This document shows, piece by piece, positions 52,298 to 64,000 of a DNA stretch of 64,000 nucleotides; position 1 is the first letter of the stretch, and every line of letters starts with the position of its first letter. The notes beneath the pieces were generated by a model that did no database searches, was not told where the DNA came from, and saw only the letters and a list, made by a program, of their open reading frames with translations. The DNA lies in NCBI GenBank assembly GCA_964016885.1, contig OZ024753.1:36208001-36272000 (forward strand), read 5' to 3'. A program made the translations under genes and the position numbers. This DNA is from Eledone cirrhosa (taxonomy: Eukaryota).

Positions 52298-52539
52298 GTT
52301 TGTGTGTGTGTGTGTGTGCGTGAGTGTATGTATGTGTATGTAGGTATCTACTCTTTACTGGCATTTATCATTACTACTGCCATGCTGGGGCACTGTCTTA
52401 ATTTAGATAACTATTTTATCGATTACATTTTGCGAACACATTCACAGACACAAACCTAAAGACAAACACCGACGGACACACAGACACACACACACACACA
52501 CACACACGACAGACTTCCCTCTCTCACATCTCTCTCGCT

Positions 52540-53255
52540 CTTGTCTCAATATTTCTATATCTTCAACTATTTACATCTCTCTCTCTCTCTCTCTCGCTCT
52601 ATCTCTCTCTCTATGTCTCTCTCTATCTCTCTATCTATCTATTTATCTCTCTATCTATCTATTTATCAATCGATCGATATATTAACCTACCTATCGATAT
52701 ATCGATATATTGATCTCTCTCTCTCTGTCTCTCTCTCTATCTCTATGTATCTATCTATCAATCAATCGATATATTAACCTACCTATCTATATATCGATAT
52801 ATTGATCTCTCTCTCTGTCTCTCTCTCTATCTCTATGTATGTATCTATCTATCAATCAATCGATATATTAACCTACCTATCTATATATCGATATATTGAT
52901 TCTCTCTCTCTGTCTCTCTCTCTATCTCTATGTATCTATCTATCTATCAATCAATCGATATATTAACCTACCTATCTATATATTGATCTCTCTCTCTATC
53001 TCTCTATGTATCTATCTATCTATCAATCAATCGATATATTAACCTACCTATCTATATATCGATCTCTATCTCTATCTCTCTATGTATCTAACTATCTATC
53101 AATCAATCGATATACTAACCTACCTATCAATATCTCTCTCTCTCTCTCTCTCTCTATGTATCTATCTATCTATCTATCAATCAATCGATATATTAACCTA
53201 CCTATCTATATATCGATCTCTCCCTCTCTCTCTCTCTATCTATCTATGTATCGAC
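52540..53255. repeat. Compound minisatellite ATCAATCGATATATTAACCTACCTATC + (CT)n/(CTAT)n
   Basis: The core recurs ~7 times. Confidence 0.9.
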
Positions 53256-53414
53256 ATGTACCAGAGACATATCCATGTTGTAGTACAGCAGAGTTACAAT
53301 AGAAACTCTCACGAGAGTTGGAGAGCAGACGTTATTCAGAAGAGAAACCCAACTCAACCAAGTGCTGACATAATTCTTTGATATTTAGTTTAATATCATA
53401 TTATAGTAAATATT

Positions 53415-54030
53415 TGTTTTCTACTTTAGGCACAAGGCCAGCAATTACCCAGTGCATTACTGGTACTTTATTTTATCGACCCCGTAAGGATGAAGGCAAA
53501 GTCAACCTCGGCGGGATTTGAACTCAGATCGTAAAGGGACGTAACTATGCTTGAAAGCATGGCGTCCGACCCTCTACCGATACTGCCAAGTCCACGTAAA
53601 TATTACAACAAGATATAACAGATAAACTAAAAACTTAATATAATGGTAAATGTATGTTTTAAATGGTGATCTTGACTCATATGGGAAGTAATTTATATAT
53701 ATATATAAATGTCTCGGAAGCCTAGTTGGAGGAATCATAGATGGTCTGAAGTTCGATCATGGTTGAGAGTAGGGTTCCTGATAAGCCTTTTGTTGTGGAC
53801 CGGAGGACTTTACACAATAATTTCATTATATATATACGACGGTGGATTGGCAGTATAGGTAGAGGGTCGGACACCATGCTTTGACGCAGAGAGTTATGGT
53901 CCTTGTCATTCTGAGTTCAAATCCCGCCGAGGTTAACTTTGCCTTTCATCCTTACGGGGTCGATAAAATAAAGTACCAGTAATGCGCTGGGATAATTGCT
54001 GGTCTTGTGCCAAAAGTAGAAACAATTATA
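53415..54030. mobile_element. Two SINE copies (53415-53595 minus; 53840-54030 plus)
   Basis: Family core on opposite strands. Confidence 0.8.
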
Positions 54031-54221
54031 TATACGTGTATATATATATATAAGTATGTATGTATGTATACGTACATACATATATGTATACAGACGTACA
54101 GTAGTATGTATATATATATACATACATGCACACATATATATATGCACGTATCGGTTTTATACATTTAAGTAAGTGCCATACTAAGAGTGAGAAATGAAAT
54201 TTCGTTTCATTCTATTCCATT

Positions 54222-54255
<34 letters not shown>

Positions 54256-54477
54256 ATGAATAAAAAAAAACTAGGGTTTAATTACAATATTTAATAGATA
54301 TACGAACATTTCTTTCAATAAGTATATATATTTTTCTATATATTGCATGTATATATGTATATATATATATATAGTTGTATTAACTTGGTAAATATATCCA
54401 AGGCATAAAGCAACCCAATTCTGCAAGGCGAGCTTTTATATTTTATATTATTATTAAGGTCATTGTAATACTGGCCT

Positions 54478-54575
<98 letters not shown>

Positions 54576-55444
54576 GAGAGAGGAGATTTATGTTTACATA
54601 GAAACATGTTTACTTACATACAAAACTAAATGTCTATACACAGATACACAAACGAAAAAGAAAAAATAACAAACACACACACACCTATATATTTTACATT
54701 CTAACAAAGAAGTAACCAAAACACAATATATGTGTATAAATGTGTATGTGTATGTATATATATAAATGCGTATGTGTATATGTATATATATCTATATCTA
54801 TATGTATATATATATATCTATATCTATATATATCTCTCTCTATATCTATATATCTATCTATATATATCTATATATCTCTCTCTATATATCTATATCTATA
54901 TCTATCTATATATATATATACACACATATATATATATATATATATAGATATACGCATATACGTACTTACATACAAACGTACATACATAAATACATATATA
55001 CTTACATGCACATATATACATACATTACATACACACCAGTATATATTACTTTTCAAGACACCGTTTGTAAAAGAGGATGTACACCGGGTTATCATCACAA
55101 ATATATGTAGTGGAAGGAACCGTGCTGTGTTTGTCTGTAGGCGGTCTTGGCCTCATACTTAGTAGAGTTTACGCTACAGTTCCTGCTATTCATCAAGTGA
55201 TATACTTTCACACGCGCCTTTTCACTCATGCGCAGTAGACTCACCGGTATCACTTGGTAAAAGAGAGAAAGATAGCGAGCTAGATATCTAGATAGATAGA
55301 TGGATAGATAGAGATAGAGGTAGAAAAAGTATGAGATAGAGAAAGAAGTATAGTTATTTGTTAATGGTTCCACATGTGAGTAAGTATAAACAAAAGTTAC
55401 ACGGAGCGCTGGTATGTTTGCATATATATATGTGCGTGTGTATA

Positions 55445-55475
<31 letters not shown>

Positions 55476-55523
55476 GTATGCGTTGTATATGTATACGTAT
55501 TTTTGTGTTCAGTCTGATCTGGC

Positions 55524-55557
<34 letters not shown>

Positions 55558-55573
55558 TGTATGTATGTATGTA

Positions 55574-55720
<147 letters not shown>

Positions 55721-56115
55721 GCCTGTCTGTCTGTGTATCTGAATGCAATCAGTGCATTATTGACCTCTGGAAATGGCGAGGTTTAATTCAAAATGTTTGA
55801 ATCACGAACAGAAATCTTTCCTGTACGCAGAAGATTCTTCTTCTTTCTTTGGAATGGTCTCTGGTCCGACATAAGTATCAATTTACTTTTCTAATATGCG
55901 AAATGATGGCTAATATCTTTAGATATTCTGGAATTGGTTCCCCCACGTTTTTAGGGCTAAATTCTTTGAAAATGTTCTTTCTCTTTTGAAATTTGACCCG
56001 TAGTAATCATTTGTAAATATTTTCAAATTTTCCTTATTTAATATAACATTAATATTGAATGATAAGTTTCACATTGATATTACCGGAAACGGAAAAAAAA
56101 AGATATATATATATA

Positions 56116-56966
56116 TTGGGTTGGCAACAAAAAATAATTTCGTTTTTCGCAAATAGTTACGATTTTTTTTAATGACTTTTGTCAATGTTATGATTTTTTT
56201 TTTCCTTTTGACATTTGATAGCCGTTACTTTTAGATTATTTTAGAAGCAAATTGTGCGTAATTTTGTTTTACAGCTGTAAGTTCAGTGTCAATTGTAACA
56301 TTCGCCATATTTTGCTTTTTTATTTCCATAAAGGCAAGAAAGCTGCTGAGGCTCACAAAGAGATATGTGAAGTTTATGGTGTTGATTGTTTAACAAAACA
56401 CGCATACCAGAAATGGTTTTTAAATTTCCGTTCTGGAGATTTTTCACTCAAAGATGACCAGAATTCTGGTCGACCTACCGAAGTTGATGATGACCGAATC
56501 AAAGTCATAATTGAATCTGAGAGTCATATAACTGTACGAGAGATTGCAGAGAGGTTAAATGTATCACACGACAATTGAAAATCACTTAAAATGTCTTGGA
56601 CTCGTCAAGAAGCTCGATATTTCGGTTCCACATAAATTGAAAGAGATTCACTTAACACATCGAATCAATATTTGCCTTGACATTGCACCATCAGATTACC
56701 ATTTATTTAGAAGTTTGCAAAATTCTTTGAATGGTAAAACTCTCAATAATGATGATGACCTGAAATCGCACTTGCTTCAGTTTTTGGCTGATAAGGACCA
56801 GAAGTCCTATGAGCGCGGAATCATGAAGTTACCAGAAAGATGGTAAAAGGTCATCAAACAAAATGGAAAATATATAATTAATTAAAGTTCATTCTTTGTA
56901 TGAAAAAAAAAAAAAATGACTTTTATTTCATGACTAAAAAACCGAAATTATTTCTTGCCAACCCAA
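56116..56966 (+). mobile_element. Internally deleted mariner, same family as 32655-33900
   Basis: Both TIRs present. HTH region IRHILLFYFHKGKKAAEA..FRSGDFSLKD; RINIC is fused directly to LDIAPSDYHLFRSL, so most of the catalytic domain is deleted. Confidence 0.92.
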
Positions 56967-57034
56967 TATAATTCAAAATTCATTGACCTTAACTTATTTT
57001 ACCAATGGAAATATAATCTCATATATATAATCTC

Positions 57035-57116
<82 letters not shown>

Positions 57117-57569
57117 TATATATATAAATATATATATAAATAAATATATATATATATATAAATATATATATAAATAAATATATATATATATATAAATATA
57201 TATATATATAAATATATATATAAATAAATATATATATAAATAAATATATATATATATATAAATATATATATATATAAATATATATATAAATAAATATATA
57301 TATAAATAAATATATATATATATATAAATATATATATATATAAATATATATATAAATAAATATATATATATATATAAATATATATTATATATATAAATAT
57401 ATATATAAATAAATATATATATATATATAAATATATATATATATAAATATATATATAAATAATATATATATATAAATAAATATATATATATATATAAATA
57501 TATATATATATAAATATATATATAAATATATATATATATAAATATATATATAAATATATATATATATAA

Positions 57570-57612
<43 letters not shown>

Positions 57613-57653
57613 TATATATATATAAATATATATATAAATATATATATATATAA

Positions 57654-57800
<147 letters not shown>

Positions 57801-57833
57801 AATATATATATATATAAATATATATATATATAA

Positions 57834-57876
<43 letters not shown>

Positions 57877-57997
57877 TATATATAAATATATATATATATA
57901 AATATATATATAAATATATATATATATAAATATATATATAAATATATATATAAATATATATATATATAAATATATATATAAATATATATATATATAA

Positions 57998-58030
<33 letters not shown>

Positions 58031-58063
58031 AATATATATATATATAAATATATATATATATAA

Positions 58064-58098
<35 letters not shown>

Positions 58099-58201
58099 AA
58101 TATATATATATATAAATATATATATAAATATATATATATAAATATATATATATAAATATATATATATAAATAAATATATATATATAAATATATATATAAA
58201 T

Positions 58202-58232
<31 letters not shown>

Positions 58233-58317
58233 AATATATATATAAATATATATATATATAAATATATATATAAATATATATATATATAAATATATATATA
58301 AATATATATATATATAA

Positions 58318-58350
<33 letters not shown>

Positions 58351-58497
58351 AATATATATATATATAAATATATATATATATAAATATATATATATATAAA
58401 TATATATATATATAAATATATATATAAATTTATAAATATATATATATAAATATATATATATATAAATATATATATAAATTTATAAATATATATAAAT

Positions 58498-58552
<55 letters not shown>

Positions 58553-58573
58553 AATATATAAATATATATAAAT

Positions 58574-58628
<55 letters not shown>

Positions 58629-58641
58629 AATATATATATAA

Positions 58642-58672
<31 letters not shown>

Positions 58673-58777
58673 AATATATATATAAATATATATATAAATA
58701 TATATAAATATATATAAATATATATAAATATATATAAATATATATAAATATATATAAATATATATAAATATATATAA

Positions 58778-58898
<121 letters not shown>

Positions 58899-58923
58899 AA
58901 TATATATATAAATATATATATAA

Positions 58924-58958
<35 letters not shown>

Positions 58959-58959
58959 A

Positions 58960-59032
<73 letters not shown>

Positions 59033-59045
59033 AATATATATATAA

Positions 59046-59076
<31 letters not shown>

Positions 59077-59101
59077 AATATATATATAAATATATATATA
59101 A

Positions 59102-59138
<37 letters not shown>

Positions 59139-59139
59139 A

Positions 59140-59212
<73 letters not shown>

Positions 59213-59227
59213 AATATATATATATAA

Positions 59228-59844
<617 letters not shown>

Positions 59845-59871
59845 TATATATAAATATATATGTATAAATAT

Positions 59872-60026
<155 letters not shown>

Positions 60027-60027
60027 A

Positions 60028-60114
<87 letters not shown>

Positions 60115-60153
60115 TATATATATAAATATATATATATATAAATATATATATAA

Positions 60154-60488
<335 letters not shown>

Positions 60489-60541
60489 ATATATTTATAT
60501 ATTTATATATATATATATTTATATATATATATATATATATA

Positions 60542-60603
<62 letters not shown>

Positions 60604-60606
60604 AAT

Positions 60607-60637
<31 letters not shown>

Positions 60638-60640
60638 AAT

Positions 60641-60693
<53 letters not shown>

Positions 60694-60696
60694 AAT

Positions 60697-60729
<33 letters not shown>

Positions 60730-60898
60730 ATATATATATATAGATATATAAATATATATATATAGATATATAAATATATATATATAGATATATAAATATA
60801 TATATATATAGATATATAAATATATATATATATAGATATATAAATATATATATATAGATATATAAATATATATATATAGATATATAAATATAAATATA

Positions 60899-60936
<38 letters not shown>

Positions 60937-60937
60937 A

Positions 60938-60970
<33 letters not shown>

Positions 60971-60971
60971 A

Positions 60972-61008
<37 letters not shown>

Positions 61009-61039
61009 AATATATATATAAATATATATATACATATAT

Positions 61040-61128
<89 letters not shown>

Positions 61129-61138
61129 TATATATATG

Positions 61139-61172
<34 letters not shown>

Positions 61173-61221
61173 AATATATATATAAATATATATATAAATA
61201 TATATATAAATATATATATAA

Positions 61222-61273
<52 letters not shown>

Positions 61274-61366
61274 TGTTATACTTTGGGAGGGCCATGTTGC
61301 CAATAAGAAACACACGCACCACTTGCTTTCACTTCAATTTATTATAATAAATTGAAGTGAAAGCAA

Positions 61367-62852
<1,486 letters not shown>

Positions 62853-62862
62853 TATATATATT

Positions 62863-62950
<88 letters not shown>

Positions 62951-63009
62951 TATATAAATATATATATATATATAAATAAATATATATATATATAAATATA
63001 TATAAATAT

Positions 63010-63104
<95 letters not shown>

Positions 63105-63148
63105 AATATATAAATATATATATAATATAAATATATATATATATAAAT

Positions 63149-63185
<37 letters not shown>

Positions 63186-63346
63186 AATATATATATATAT
63201 AAATATATATATATAGATATATAAATATATATATATAGATATATATAAATATATATATAGATATATAAATATATATATATATAGATATATAAATATATAT
63301 ATATAGATATATAAATATATATATATAGATATATAAATATATATAT

Positions 63347-63385
<39 letters not shown>

Positions 63386-63388
63386 AAT

Positions 63389-63685
63389 AGTTTAGCGAGG
63401 TTTTTTATATGAAATCGTGTGTCGAAACAAATATTGTTATACTTGGGGAGGGTCATATTTGTGTAATATTGCCAGAATTAATAACAGAACACACTCACTG
63501 TTTGGTTGGTTTTCGCTTCTCGCTGTCTTTTATATCTGCGATCTAACTTAATCGGTCCTCAATGTTGCACTTGACTGACCGACGGTCAAAAATAATACAG
63601 ATACAATATAGACACAAACACATATATATAGTTTACATAATTTACATAAATCTTTCGTTGCACATCTGCAACATCGTCAGTGGTG

Positions 63686-63742
<57 letters not shown>

Positions 63743-63890
63743 CCTCCTGTTGTGTTGTATGTCTACGCCATTTTTTATTCAGTCTGTCTATATAAAAGAC
63801 AGCGAGAAGCGAAAACCAACCAAACAGTGAGTGTGTTCTGTTATTAATTCTGGCAATATTACACAAATATGACCCTCCCCAAGTATAACA
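63389..63890. mobile_element. Family T-related element with 101-bp perfect inverted arms
   Basis: Arms 63435-63535 / 63790-63890; 63389-63428 is homologous to the reverse complement of 47333-47371. Confidence 0.75.
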
Positions 63891-63947
63891 ATATATATAA
63901 ATATATATATATATAAATATATATATATATAAATATATATATATATA

Positions 63948-63999
<52 letters not shown>

Positions 64000-64000
64000 A

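Overview
Eukaryotic, extremely repeat-rich genomic DNA. The tRNA-type SINE families, RTE LINEs and very long (TA)n/(CA)n/(TATG)n tracts suggest a cephalopod (Octopus-like) genome, which is an inference. One host coding exon is visible, an ankyrin-repeat protein at 20099-20760 that runs into a 200-N gap. Most other long ORFs in the track are microsatellite translations. Mobile DNA: a near-full-length frameshifted RTE-clade LINE whose 3' end sits inverted next to its own 5' end (7993-11259), a second TSD-flanked RTE insertion with the same 5'-inverted layout (17424-18078), two families of bipartite non-autonomous RTE derivatives, an R4/Dong-type RLE retroelement in (TACA)n, two decayed Hsmar1-like mariners, about 30 SINE copies and several minisatellites built from TE fragments. 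The most interesting signal is a set of short non-coding inserts in (TA)n tracts sharing an 'inverted arm - arm - unpaired tail' fold-back architecture. Several carry minimal type-I hammerhead ribozyme folds with palindromic stem III (51411-51449, 46855-46965, 2661-2724, variant at 47622-47657). This resembles Penelope-like pLTR/retrozyme-type elements; no PLE ORF is in the window and ribozyme activity is untested.
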